From NCBI GenBank assembly GCA_965113315.1, contig OZ220370.1: DNA of 64,000 bases, one strand, 5' to 3'. The first letter of the stretch is position 1; the number at the start of each line of letters is the position of its first letter. The position numbers were made by a program, and so were the translations under genes. This document shows positions 12,380 through 25,530 of the stretch, piece after piece. Under the pieces are notes generated by a model that was not told where the DNA came from, searched no databases, and saw only the letters and a list, made by a program, of their open reading frames with translations. The DNA is from Podarcis vaucheri. Taxonomy: Eukaryota.

Positions 12380-12468
12380 CACAAACACAAAAGCTTATAC
12401 CCAGAACAAACTTAGTAGGTCTCTAAGGTGCTACTGGACATTTTTTTTAATTTATTTCGGTTATGGCA
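12380..12468. mobile_element. Penelope-like element terminal fragment
   Basis: aagcttatacccagaacaaacttagtaggtctctaaggtgctactggaca is nearly identical to the repeat at 31329-31390; family assignment from recall. Confidence 0.6.
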
Positions 12469-14511
12469 AATTGATTAATAATAATGAGCATGGTGTGTGG
12501 GTCATCTTAGGCCCTTGTAGGGAGACAGAGGGTCTTAGCCAAGAGTGTTCTCACTAACCAGACACTGAAATAAACAACCCAAAGTTTTTGAACTCCTTCT
12601 TTGCTTTCTTATTTAGAGCACTTGAAGTCACCCAGCCTAGAACTACTACTGCAGAAGTTTCAGATGTTTGTACGTATTGTAATAGTGAATTGAAAATCAA
12701 CTTAGAAATCCCCATTGGCTTTGACAATTCAAAAATTGTCACATAATTTAATCCTAAAAATGTGCAGTAACATATCCACTTGTATCAATGGCATCACAGA
12801 CCGTGCATATTTATGTTTGTCACACAGTGCTAATGCAGCTGTCAGGGTGCGGCCAGTTCTAAGCATTCATTTGTGAGCCCAGCAAACTGAGGAATCAAGA
12901 TGTTGATTCTGGTGCAATGAATGTTCTCTTACATTTGATTATCCCCTGTGAACACTTTGAGCTACACTGATACGACACTGAAAACTAGGCAGAGCAAGCA
13001 TGGTTTAAATAAAGAAATGAAAGCTTTGCAACCCCTGGAGTCTTGGGGGAGTGTATTTTAGCACTAACATTTTGTAAGTTAATTGCTTTAAAAGTGGTAT
13101 AGAAGAATTGACTTTGCAGCTCTCATGACTCCGAATGGAGTTATGTAGGAAAGTTGGAAAAGTGGAAAATGCAGACATTCCACAGTACATTTAGTGTTCT
13201 TTACAATCTGCCAAAGTGGGTGATCGGATAACAGGGGACTTGGAGGAAAACTACACTATCTGAACCATGCTTCTTTCTGCAAATGGAGAGATTCTAGCAT
13301 GCCAACTGGCTGGAGGACAGTGGGGAAAAGAATGATGAGTGAGGCTAAAAAAGTTATTTAATGCTGTTGCCTTGCAGTTTGCCGAGTGTCGAAATATACC
13401 AGCATTAGAGGACAAGGTCAAAGGAACAGCAAAAGAATATTTTCAGGAAGCTATTTGTTTTGAGTTCTCCTGCTTTCAAGACTGTAATAATAAGATGGAC
13501 CAACCTATTTGGAAATGAAAGGACAGAAAACCTGGAGAATCAATTAACACGGCTGAGAATTTAAAGATCCATCAAAGTGGGAGAGAGAGAAGCAAGTGAG
13601 AAACTGATGGGATCCAAACACACCGACTGGGACATTTCCAAAATAGAACTCTTTGAAGGTTAGGGAACCTTCCCAAGAAGCACCTGATACAGGATGATAC
13701 ACTCCAGCCAGAAGGAAAGATCAGCAGAGCCTATCAATGGACAAAGGAACGTTAGTCCTATGCAAGGAGTCCTTTGGATCACAGCCATATGTAGCAGTTG
13801 ATAAAACACAAAAACATCACCTGTGATCTTTAGTTATTTTTCTTTTCTTTTTGAAAGCTACTTGCAGAAATAGAGTGATGTCACAATAGCAATAGACAAT
13901 GCTACTGTATGGAAATGTTTAGGGAAATATTGCATAGAAGTGGCATTCTATGCAAATGGCAGGTGCACAGGTCAACTGCTTTCAAAATGCAAAACTGCAT
14001 CCAAATGTGTATATTATGAGAAATGTGTACAAAAAGAATTTTCAGGAGGATGTTGCAAATGTGGAAAGTGTATGGGAAATTGAGAAACTGGAACAGACAG
14101 ATTTGTCCTTCTCTATAAATCAAAATTGCATTGTTTTTGCGCACAGAGCAGCTTTGGATGTAACCATTCGCCTGGTACCCATAGGCAAAAAGGGAATGCA
14201 TGCAGGTGAGTGCATGGAATTCCATTTGAGTGAATGAGTGGGATTGCAGAAGACAGATGGATATACCTGACCAGAAAACAAGCTGGTTTCCAGGGGGAGA
14301 TAAGCACCTTCCTCCACATCCAGAACAGAAATGCAGCAGGGTGCTGCTGGGAGGAAAGAGCTCTTTGTCTTTCTACCTCATGGTCGGCCCAAGACATTTT
14401 GCTGTCTGAGGTGAAGTACAAGATAGCTCAATGAACAAAAGTGTCCAGACCGCCATCTCAACATAGGTAATAGAAGAGAGATTTCCATTGCACTCGAGGG
14501 TTATCTTAGAG

Positions 14512-14649
14512 CAGCCTTTCTCAACCTGTGGGTCCCCAGATGTTGTTGAACTACAACTCCCATCACCCCTAGCTAGCAAGGCCAGAGCTCAGGGATGATG
14601 GGTGTTGCAGTCCAACAACATCTGGGGACCCACAGCTTGAGAACCGCTG
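14512..14649. mobile_element. palindromic hAT-Charlie MITE (Chap4-like)
   Basis: Near whole-length inverted repeat; TSD TCTTAGAG/GCTTAGAG. Confidence 0.85.
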
Positions 14650-15024
14650 GCTTAGAGGGAGCAGGACCTGTTGCGTTATAGCTCCCCACACTCTACTTCA
14701 TTGTATGGCCAGCTGTGCTCCACTGCCAGCCCTCAGGAGGCTAAGAAACACTTTTGCAGGTAATAATGTTCACAGACTTTTAACAAGGCTGACCCAGAGA
14801 TCCCACTTCATTTATTTAGCTGAGTCCATATCTACTCTTTTGTAAAGCTAAATGAGTGGTCATCAGCGCATCTTGAGTTTGCATTAGTTAATTACTCATT
14901 AGGAAATATTTAATGGGCAATACGAGTTGTAGTACAACATCATTTCATGTGAGCATTCGAGAAAAGTATCAGAACAGATATTATATACCTGTGCTGGGTG
15001 TTAACCAGAAAGTTGGTGGTTGGA

Positions 15025-15097
15025 GCAGGATTCCTGCATTGCAGAGGGTTGTACTAGATGACCCTCAGGGTCCCTTCCAATTCTATGATTCTATGAT
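15025..15097 (+). mobile_element. CR1 3' terminal fragment
   Basis: ttcctgcattgcagagggttgtactagatgaccctcagggtcccttccaa followed by (TTCTATGA)n tail. Confidence 0.8.
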
Positions 15098-15740
15098 GTG
15101 GAATTAGGAGCTACTGTTTTGCACACCATAAATGAACTGCAAACTTAAATGGTGAAAGAGGCTTCCTTCTTTACCCATTAGCTGATGCCATGCAGTTTCA
15201 GTGAGGAAGCAGCAAGATGCATGCATTTTTTAAAAGGGAACATGGATGATGGGCAAATAACATGTGCTTCCTAGCCTAAAGAATGCCAGAGACACGCATT
15301 TTGCACCTGATATATCAGCGTAAACCACTAATTTTACAAGGAAATGCCCTCTATTTTATAACCTCAGAAAGCACCATTCATCAAACTCTATATTTAATGT
15401 AACATATATGAATGTGGCAGATCCAGCATCTAGCAATTAGATTTAACATAACACATTTTAAAACTGAACTATGCTGTTTACCAAAAAGTAGTAAAGAAAA
15501 GTATATATGCCTTTGATTGACCAAATTGAAGCAATGTATTGGAACAATTTTATGAATGAAATAGGATCAAGAGGGTTTCACGCTTTCCACCTCAGTTGTA
15601 CCTTAAATACAAAGAAGATGTGAAAGCAGGGTAAAATTAAGCAGACCTTGTTTGAAAGGTAGCCTGGTAACTTCAAGGCAGAAGATTAAGGTGTAGCTAC
15701 ATGCTACTTTGCAAATAGTATTGTGGTATTTGGAAGTCAT

Positions 15741-16081
15741 GAGACACAGGTTGCGCTGTGGTGTAAACCACTGAGCCTTGGGCTTGCCGATCGGAAGGTC
15801 GGCAGTTCGAATCCCCGCGACGGGGTGAGCTCCCATTGTTCAGTCCCAGCTCCTGCCAACCTAGCAGTTCAAAAGCATGTCAAAAGTCCAGCGGGAAGGT
15901 AAACGGCATTTCTGCGCGCTGCTCTGGTTTTGCTAGAAGCGGCTTAGTCATGCTGGCCAAATGACCCGGAGAAACTGTGCGGACAAACGCCAGCTCCCTT
16001 GGCCAGTAAAGTGAGATGAGCGCCACAACCCCAGAGTCGTTCGCGACTGGACTTAACTGTCAGGGGTCCTTTACCTTTACC
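15741..16081 (+). mobile_element. Sauria SINE
   Basis: tRNA-like head (gcgctgtggtgtaaaccactgagcc...gttcgaatcccc), (ACCTTT)n tail, 14-bp TSD TATTTGGAAGTCAT. Confidence 0.92.
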
Positions 16082-16154
16082 TATTTGGAAGTCATTTGCA
16101 GAGCTGAACAATAGCTGGGAGGCAGCAAGCTTAACCTTGACCCAGGTTCCTGAT

Positions 16155-16790
16155 AGCCTTTTTATTATATGTATTTTATTGATATTTATATGTAACAAAA
16201 CAAATACAACAAGGGAAATACGCAACCGAGGAAAGGTCTGTTTTTCAAGACTCTGTATTTGACATGAGGATACCAGTTCTGAAGAATATCTTATTTCAGT
16301 GCCCTGCCATAAAAATCCATGTGTGGAGGGAGATTGGTAATTGCGTTCCTTTGTAGCTCTCTATATAATAAAACTATACCAAACCTCATTAACATTGTCT
16401 GTTTGAGCATTATATATTTGTACGGTTCTTTGGGCAATCAACTGTCCCATTAGGGCCAAGAACCAATTTTTTGGTACCAGTTTTCAAACATATTGGAAGT
16501 TGGGGCTTCCCAGAACTAGTCAATCTTACAGCTGTAAGTAGAAACAGAAGCAGATCCCTATGAGTTAATTCAAGTCCTTCTCCACTAAAAATGGAAAATA
16601 ATGCCATTTGAGCGTTCATAGGAATTTGTTGGGCTGTTGCTGCACTAGCTTCTTCAAACATATTTTTTGCCCAAATGCTTTAAGAACTAAATGTGGGCCC
16701 TTCATTGCTGTCACCAGTGTTAGAAGTTAGTGTCTGGTGTCAAAATATTTATTAAATGACAGCTTTTCTTAATCCATGAAGGCTCCGGGT
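16155..16790 (-). mobile_element. degenerate L1-clade ORF2 C-terminus and 3' end
   Basis: Minus-strand translation (..IWAKNMFEEASAATAQQIPMNAQMALFSIF...LLLFLLTAVRLT..) resembles the post-zinc-knuckle region of vertebrate L1 ORF2; AATAAA and A-rich end near 16160 on the minus strand. Confidence 0.55.
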
Positions 16791-17864
16791 CATATCCCAC
16801 TCATTGTTGGGGGCGGAGTTCAAATGTATACATAAAAATGAGTGGTTGTGTGTGGGAGAATTATCTAGGTTAAGGGGCAAGATCAAATTAGGCATCCATC
16901 TCGGGTGATTACATCACTGCCCCCAATCCCCTAAATGTCCTGCTGACACCCCCCCCCCGCAGTTGATTGCTCCCCCCACTTTAGTATTGAGTAGCAAAGA
17001 AGGGTTTTAGAATTCCACCTCTGCTGCATATAATATATTTCTGCTTTTACATCACAACCTGCATGCCCAATTCTTCCAATTATTTTGGATATCAGAACAT
17101 GCTTAGTTCAACTGTTAACAGCTAAAATACATATTGTAGGTCATATGGCTTGCAATCCCTCCTACAGTTGCCCTTGTAAAAGTTACATTAATTTCAGTGG
17201 AGCTTCTGCGGAAACAGCTGTATGCCGAATTGCAGCCCATGTGTTTTAATAAATAAAGCAGCATATCTATGGGAATGTTTAATCAGGCATTCGGGGTATT
17301 TCCAGGACACCTCACCCTTAGGGTACAAGAGCTTACATGAAACACATGTAGCATCTTAACAACTCACATTTTTAAATCTTCTTAAGCACAGGGAAGTTGA
17401 CTGAGTCAGTGAGACTCTTATTACATTTCAAGTAAACATAGAGAGAAAGATACAAGAAGGAAGTGGTTTTGTAATCTCAGATAATCAGATGTGCGCTTAG
17501 TGAGTTTACTAGAAACTGACTAGCTGAACTAGGGCATGTGCACAACTACTCTCAACTTACATTAGTATATTTTGATCACTTCTCCCCATATGAATACAAA
17601 GGCAATTAATTCTTGGTGAGGTTCCTATTTCACCTTCACCAGCTCTCAGAAGGCAACAAGCTCTTGCTTTCATTCAAAATGCAGGTGCTGTATTAGACAC
17701 AATTCAGATAGCTTAGAAGCCATATGTGTCCCACTGTGTATATGCCCCATAATACCCCTCCCCAGTTTTGAGAGGGGGACTGAAATTAATACAATTTAGA
17801 ATTTGCTGCTCTGAAATTCACAGATGGGAATGAGATAAAGCCTCTAACTCAGCCTTCTAAAAAA

Positions 17865-18830
17865 GTGATGCATGCTGAAACAAAAAAATCTTACTTTCAC
17901 ATATATACCCATGGGGTATGAATTGTTGGTGACTGACCTGGAAAAAGACCTTGGGGTTGTACTGGATAGCTCGATGAAGATGTAGACCCAGCTGTGAAAA
18001 AGGCATGTTCCTAGAGATCAGTAGGAAAGGAATTGAAAATAAAACTGCTGGTATCAGAAAGCCATTGTATACAAATCTATGGTGCAACCACATTTGGAAT
18101 ATTGTGTATAGTTCTGGTCACCTCAAACAAGTTGGAAAACGCTCAGAAAAGGGCAATGAAAATAATCAAGGGAACGAATCAACTGTCCTGTGAGGAAACA
18201 TCACAGAATTCGGGACTTCTTAGTTTAGAGAAACGGCAAGTTAAGAAGTGACACAATAAAATGATGCAAACATTTTCTTCCCTCTTTTGTAACACTAGAA
18301 CTAGTGTACAGTGGTACCTCGGGTTAAGTACTTAATTCGTTCTGGAGGTCCGTCCTTAACCTGAAACTGTTCTTAACCTGAAGCACCACTTTAGCTAATG
18401 GGGCCTCCTGCTGCTGCTGCGCTGCCAAAGCACAATTTCTGTTCTCATCCTGAAGCAAAGTTCTTAAGCTGAGGTAATATTTCTGGGTTAGTGGAGTCTG
18501 TAACCTGAAGCGTATGTAACCTGAAGCGTATGTAAACCGAGGTACCACTGTACAACCAATTGAAGCTGAGTGTTGGCAGATTCGGGACAGATAAAAGAAA
18601 CTTGCTCCCACAGAAGGCAGTGATGGCTGCTAACTTGGTTGGTTTTTAAAGAGGATCGGACAAATTCATGGAGGGCAAGGCTATCAATGGCTATGAGCCG
18701 CGATGGCTATGTTCTGCCTCCACTGTTCTGCCTCTGAACACCAGTCGCTGGGGAAATACTGATGCAACTCATCTCCAGCTTGCAGGCTTTCCCATGGCAT
18801 CTGGTTGGCCAGTGTGAGAACAGGAGGCTT
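17865..18830 (+). mobile_element. old CR1 3' fragment split by a MITE
   Basis: gaaaaagaccttggggttgt..; cacatttggaatattgtgtatagttctggtc ([10 protein letters not shown]-like); resumes at 18553. Confidence 0.8.
18309..18550. mobile_element. pogo/Tigger-like MITE, family A
   Basis: TIRs CAGTGGTACCTCGG / CCGAGGTACCACTG, TA flanks. Confidence 0.92.
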
Positions 18831-21107
18831 TTGCATTTAGGTGAATTTAAAAAACAACAATGTACATCTCATGTAATACTACAAAGGTAACATGCAAATA
18901 GGCTTTAAATCTTCTGGCACAAAGTGATCTCTAAGCAGCCCATAACACAGATTTGAACCGATTGATTTAGGCCAGGAAACATCTTTTACTTGTTCACCAA
19001 CCATGACAGTTGAAATGCAGCTGGCCAGCTTGCTGCTGCTCTTAATCAGATAGCAGTTTCCAAATGAGATAGGCAAGAGCTGCTGTTGTCACGCAGCATG
19101 TTTCCAGAGTCACATACACAACACACAGTGTGTTTTGCTTCTTGGAGCAGTTGCTCCCTGGGGATTAAGACACTCAGGAGTACAAAGTAGCAAAAGCCCC
19201 ACAAGATCAGAACTTGTGAGCAGATCCACAGAAAGCATGAGCAGGATTCTCTGAAACAAAAGCCTCAGTGCTCAACTGGATGTTACTTTGATGCCATGGA
19301 TCGCTCCAATTTCTGCTTCCCTTTAGGTAAATTGTGAGCATAGTTTCTAAAATGTTCCATTTTCAGCCCCACACACAAAAAAACTACTTGGGAGAAGTTA
19401 AACAAGCAAAGCCACCCAGCTCCCTCCTCAAAAGATTAGATATTTTTAGACTACTTCTCAGAAAAAAACAAAACCTCTTGTTTACAGTTCACTAATAATG
19501 GCTGTTGAACCCTGAATATTTTTCAGAGCACAGCAGCAATTAAAACAGCCAGAAGACTGATAAGCACTCAAATGTGTGCCTGTTTGTGCATGTGTGAAAC
19601 ATTCATGATTTTCCTTTTTTAAAAGAAAAAAGAAATGAGACAAAATAGAGGAGATAGATGTTATGAAGGAAAAATCGCTGAGGTGACCAGGGAAAACACA
19701 TGAATTACTACTTAAATGTCAGCTTTGACACAGTTTGCAATCCATTACTCATAATGCTTTAATAAATATTGCTTAATAATATTTAATAATGCATGCTTCT
19801 TTCCATTTTGTTGTATGATGTGGAAATAATATTAGCTTCACAATATTGTTCACGGCAGCTTTTGCTACAGGAAGTGACCAAGAGGCAAGGAACTATATAA
19901 GTGTGCAAAGCTATTTAACCTCATCTAGCGGCTTTGCAGAAATGCATTCCTATTAGCAAGATCCCCAAACCACACTGCATATAAACATTAGCTGCTGGCT
20001 AGAATGCAACAGCTAAAGCAGCCTAAATGGCCTTTTCTTCTTCACACAAGTTCTCTCATTAAATGTTAATCCAGTCGACATAAGCACAGTGGGGAGGCAC
20101 CAGCGCTGAACTTAAATGATCCTCAGAGTCAAAATAAGGCTGCAGATGTTCAATGTTTAAATTTCTGTGTTAAGGTGATGGCTTATTAGCAGTTTTAATT
20201 AATCACCATAAAAGCAAAACAATTTTTAAAAAATTACCTTTATTCTTACATGCTTCTTCATTCAGAACTGTACAGATTGTCATGCAAAGGCAATACCAAA
20301 CACGCTATATGCACAGCATGCTATGAAGTCCTTCCCAGTGATCTGGTTCTTGGAATTTGCAGATTCTTGCCCGCTCTGCTACTTTCTGAATCTGTATGCG
20401 CAGCACAGATCCCTACCTTATTTGGCTGCCAAGCCTATTACAGTGAGCAAACAATGCCTTCTCTGTCAGAGCAGAGAATGAATAGTATCACAAAGACACT
20501 CCTCTCATGTACAGCTCTGGACTTTTCCCTCCTCCCCCTTTCAAAGCAATCTAACTAGGGTGAGAACGGATGACAGGAAATCGCTAGTATATTTTAGTGT
20601 GTCCCCTTCCTCAGTGCCAGTCATCATTATTAAAATGACAGCAAAAGAATATGATTTTTTAATTATTATTCAATAGCATAGATTTAACAATGGAATGCAT
20701 CAACTGGCTTTATACTTTCTAAGTGACTGGATGTGAAAGCAAACATCTGGAACATCCATTTTCTGGGTATGGAAAGTCTGCTTCAAGCCATCAAGAGCAA
20801 AACAAAAGAGCAAGAAGAAAATCTCACAGATTTGTCAGCTGAGTGTGGGTAAATCTTCCGGCTACTCTCTGTTTTGAAACAGATTTGGTCTTTGAACAGA
20901 GACCGGGCTTCGGGAATTGAGAACTTGTATTATGAATGATAGAGCAAGAGTTTGAAGTGGGATTTGTGTGATGATAGCGGATGAATAAATCTTTGGGTGA
21001 CTGGGGGCTCACTTTGCTCCTTCAAAGCAAGGAGACTAATTTCAAGAAAATGCAAAATGATTCTGCAGATACTGAATGCCTGCTGTGCAGTGATCATATT
21101 GGTGCAA

Positions 21108-23455
21108 TGACAACTTCATTGTCCAGAAAGTGGGAGAAGCAACAAGAGGAACAGCCATTTTAGATCTGGTCCTAACCAATGTTGATGACCTGGTTAGTGG
21201 GGTAGAAGTGGAAGGATCATTAGGCGCGAGTGATCATGCTCTTCTGAAGTTTACTATACAGCGGAAAGGAGCAGCCAAGCATACTAGGACTCAATTTCTT
21301 GACTTTAAGAAAGCCGACTTCATAAAACTTAGGGAAGTGCTGGGTGAGATCCCATGGACAGTAATACTAAAAAGAAAGGGAGTTCATGATGGCTGGGAGT
21401 TTGTTAAGAGGGAGATAGTAAAAGCACAACTTCAGGCAATACCAATGAGACGGAAACATGGAAGGTGCCTAAAGAAGCCAGGGTGGCTATCTAAAGAACT
21501 TTTAACTGAGTTAAGAGTAAAAAAGGATGTGTACAAAAAATGGAAAAGGGGGGAAACCAAAGAGGAATTCAAACAAATAGCCAGCACATGTAGACACAAA
21601 GTCAGAAAAGCTAAAGCACAGAATGAACTCAGGCTTGCTAGAGAGGTTAAAAGCAACAAAAAAGGCTTTTATGGGTATGTCCGTAGCAAAAGGAAGAACA
21701 AAGAAACAGTGGGGTCACTCGGAGGAGAAGGTGGTGAAATGCAAACAGGGGACACAGAAAGGGCTGAACTCCTCAATGCCTTCTTTGCCTCAGTCTTCTC
21801 CGATAAAGAAAACAATGCCTGACCTGAAGAATTTGGAGCAAATGATTCAGCAGAGGAAACACAGCCCAGAATAACTAAGGAGATAGTACAAGAATACTTG
21901 GCTAGTTTAGATGTATTCAAGTCTCCAGGGCCAGATGAACTGCATCCAAGAGTATTAAAAGAACTGGCAGATGTGATCTCAGAACCACTGGCAGTCATCT
22001 TTGAGAATTCCTGGAGAACAGGCGAAGTCCCGGCAGACTGGAGGAGGGCAAATGTTGTCCCTATTTTCAAAAAGGGGGAAAGAGAGGACCCAAATAGTTA
22101 TCGCCCAGTCAGTCTGACATCAATGCCAGGGAAGAGTCTGGAGCAGATCATTAAGCAAACAGTCTGTGAGCACCTAGAAAGGAATGCTGTGATCACCAAT
22201 AGTCAGCATGGATTTCTGAAAAATAAGTCATGTCAGACTAACCTGATCTCGTTTTTTGATAGAATTACAAGCCTGGTAGATGAAGGGAATGCAGTGGATG
22301 TAGCCTACCTTGATTTCAGCAAGGCATTTGACAAGGTGCCCCATGATATTCTTGTAAAGAAGCTGGTAAAATGCGGTCTTGACTATGCTACCACTCAGTG
22401 GATTTGTAACTGGCTGACTGACCGAACCCAAAGGGTGCTCATCAATGGTTCCTCTTCATCCTGGAGAAGAGTGACTAGTGGGGTGCCACAGGGTTCTGTC
22501 TTGGGCCCGGTCTTATTCAACATCTTTATCAACGACTTGGATGATGGACTCAAGGGCATCCTGATCAAATTTGCAGATGACACCAAACTGGGAGGGGCGG
22601 CTAACACCCCAGAGGACAGGATCACACTTCAAAACGACCTTGACAGATTAGAGAACTGGGCCAAAACAAACAAGATGAACTTTGACAGGGAGAAATGTGA
22701 AGTATTGCACTTGGGCAAAAAAAAATGAGAGGCACAAATACAAGATGGGTGACACCTGGCTTGAGAGCAGTACATGTGAAAAGGATCTAGAAGTCTTGGT
22801 TGACCACAAACTTGACATGAGCCAACAGTGTGACGCGGCAGCTAAAAAAGCCAATGCAATTCTGGGCTGCATCAATAGGAGTATAGCATCTAGATCAAGG
22901 GAAGTAATGGTGCCACTGTATTCTGCTCTGGTCAGACCTCACCTGGAGTACTGTGTCCAGTTCTGGGCACCACAGTTCAAGAAGGACACTGACAAACTGG
23001 AACGCGTCCAGAGGAGGGCAACCAAAATGGTCAAAGGCCTGGAAATGATGCCTTATGAGGAACGGCTAAGGGAGCTGGGCATGTTTAGCCTGGAGAAGAG
23101 GAGGTTAAGGGGTGATATGATAGCCATGTTCAAATATATAAAAGGATGTCACATAGAGGAGGGAGAAAGGTTGTTTTCTGCTGCTCCAGAGAAGCGGACA
23201 CAGAGCAATGGATCCCAACTACAAGAAAGAAGATTCCACCTAAACATTAGGAAGAACTTCCTGACAGTAAAAGCTGTTCGACAGTGGAATTTGCTGCCAA
23301 GGAGTGTGGTGGAGTCTCCTACTTTGGAGGTCTTTAAGCAGAGGCTTGACAACCATATGTCAGGAGTGCTCTGATGGTGTTTCCTGCTTGGCAGGGGGTT
23401 GGACTCAATGGCCCTTGTGGTCTATTCCAACTCTATGATTCTATGATTCTATGAT
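21108..23455 (+). mobile_element. CR1 LINE, 5'-truncated, young
   Basis: ORF2 from endonuclease C-terminus (ILDLVL..SDH) through RT ([20 protein letters not shown] at 22570) to [10 protein letters not shown]; 3' UTR with (TTCTATGA)n tail. Confidence 0.97.
21130..23374 (+). pseudogene. CR1 ORF2 (endonuclease/reverse transcriptase), disrupted
   Basis: Three ORF-track pieces join: in-frame TGA at 21820-21822 and a +1 frameshift in the A9 run 22717-22725. Confidence 0.93.
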
Positions 23456-24933
23456 CTTTTGTGCATTAGAGCACCTAAATGATAAAAATATTAAAATGAC
23501 ATAAACCTGTGGTTTAAAGGCTAAGCAGTTCCTCTGCTATCAATAACATTTCACCATAGAGCCATATAGTACACTATTAAATTAAATATCCTTCCAGACA
23601 GTGCTGGAAAGATACGTGTGTGAATGTTTTTTAAAAACCAAACCTTTCTGTACATAGCCCATTCTGATTTTATGCTGTCTGGTAGCACATGTATTTGATT
23701 AAACCCATGCAGTGGCGGCTACTTGACCATATCTGGACATCCTCCTACATTTTTCTTCAAAGACTGCCAGAGGCTGATTGAGAGTCACCAGATGCTACAG
23801 ATAAATAGACGATGGCTATTCGCCATCATGCCCTACTTGAGTGTTTCCCAGGGGCATTTGGCTAGCCACTTGTATAGACAGAATGTTGTATCAGGTGGAC
23901 CATTGGCTGTATCCAGCAAGGGTCACAGGAAATCAGCCAAAGTTCTTCCAAGTGTAACTTCAGACAACTGAATGCACCCTTAATATGAAACAGATGAGTT
24001 GAGTGCCATATACATTAATTTTGCAGGATCCCCACAACTGCACAAGTCTGACACAATGACACAGTCAATACAATTCCCAGATGATGCGTCCCAATGCAGT
24101 AATTATGTTTGGCACACTTATTAAATGGCAACGCACTCACAAGCTAAATGGAGGCCCTTTTATTTTCCCCAAATGAGTTTTGAACAGATTGAGGCTGACA
24201 ATGTCCATGATGAAATTTTGTCATGTTCCTACTCATTATAACAACCTATTAACTATATAAAAATGAAGAGCTGTGGCCTAGAAGAAATGGCCTGTGCTGC
24301 CTGATTGATAGAAGATTGTGGGTCTTTTTACTCCTTTAAAAGCCCGCTTCAATATTTATTCTAAAAATGAATAAAGCCAAGTAATGCTACAAGGCCAGCA
24401 CCGTATGTACATTCAGTACATGTAGTGCTACTTGTACGATCCAATAAATGGCAAAAGGGAAATAACACATAAATCTTATGGAGGTTTTTAAAAACATTTA
24501 TTGCTTGAGGCAAAGCAGAGCTAGTTTTTCTTTTTTTAAGGTCAAACTGCATCAAGGTAGTGCAGCACTTTATTCTCAAATGTAGCTCAAGGTTTAATGT
24601 GCCAGAGCAGCTGACGTGGTCTTGGAGACTGCAGAACACCAGCTGTTTTGGATCCATCTTATTGCAGTTAATAACATAAAAATGAAAGATTTCCTATCAA
24701 AATGAAATCTTACTTCACGTAGGTACAGTGAACTACCATGAGTCCAGACCTTTAATTCAACTAAGCATTATTGAATATATCCATATGGACATAGAAGTGG
24801 CCCAGATGAAGAACAATAAAGTGGAGATGAATTCTCCTAAGACAGACACACTGCTGACGAATAGCTCCCAGTTCTGAGAACTGGAGATTTTGCCTGTATC
24901 TAGCAGGGGGCTACCCTGCCTCTCAAAGAAGTA

Positions 24934-25268
24934 CAGTGGTGCCCCGCAAGACGAATGCCTCGCAAGACGAAAAACCCGCTAGACGAAAGGGTTTTCCGTT
25001 TTTGGATGTGCTTCGCAAGACGAATTTCCCTATGGGCTTGCTTTGCAAGACGAAAACGTCTTGCGAGTCTTGCGATTTTTTCCGCTCCCCCCCTTTTCTA
25101 AGCCGCTAAGCCGCTAATAGCCTTTTAGCCGCTAAGCCGCTAAGCCTTTAATAGCCGCTAAACCGCTAATAGTGCTAATCCGCTAATAGGGTTGCTTCGC
25201 AAGACGAAAAAACCGCTAGACGAAGAGACTCGCGGAACGGATTATTTTTGTCTTGCGAGGCACCACTG
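24934..25268. mobile_element. pogo/Tigger-like MITE, family B
   Basis: TIRs CAGTGGTGCCCCGCAAGAC / GTCTTGCGAGGCACCACTG, TA flanks, central (AGCCGCTA)n. Confidence 0.92.
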
Positions 25269-25289
25269 TATGCTGTTTAGGAACAATTA

Positions 25290-25530
25290 CGGCCGTACCT
25301 CGGAAATAGAACGGAATGCGTTCCAGAAGACTGTTCGACTTCCAAAACATTCGGAAACCAAGGCGTGGCTTCCGATTGACTGCAGGAAGCTCCTGCAGCC
25401 AAGTAGAACCTGCATCGGACATTCGGGTTCCAAAGAACGTTTGAAAACCGGAACACTCACTTCTGGGTTTGCGGCGTTTGGGAGCCAAAGCATTCAACTC
25501 GCAAGGCATTCGACTTCTGAGGTATGGCTG
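25290..25530. mobile_element. pogo/Tigger-like MITE, family C
   Basis: TIRs CGGCCGTACCTCGGAA / TTCTGAGGTATGGCTG, TA flanks; inverted homolog of 46266 and 48811. Confidence 0.88.

Noticed and set aside
13380-13800. Possible LINE coding remnant
   Set aside because: Purine-rich and suggestive, but I found no diagnostic motif
15741-15830. tRNA-like A/B boxes (also 4944 and other SINE heads)
   Set aside because: SINE heads with body, tail and TSD; no complete cloverleaf
16410-16661. 83-aa minus ORF as a host exon
   Set aside because: Better explained as decayed L1 ORF2 with frameshifts and a downstream polyA end
21432-23352. Several minus-strand ORFs
   Set aside because: Antisense shadows of CR1 ORF2
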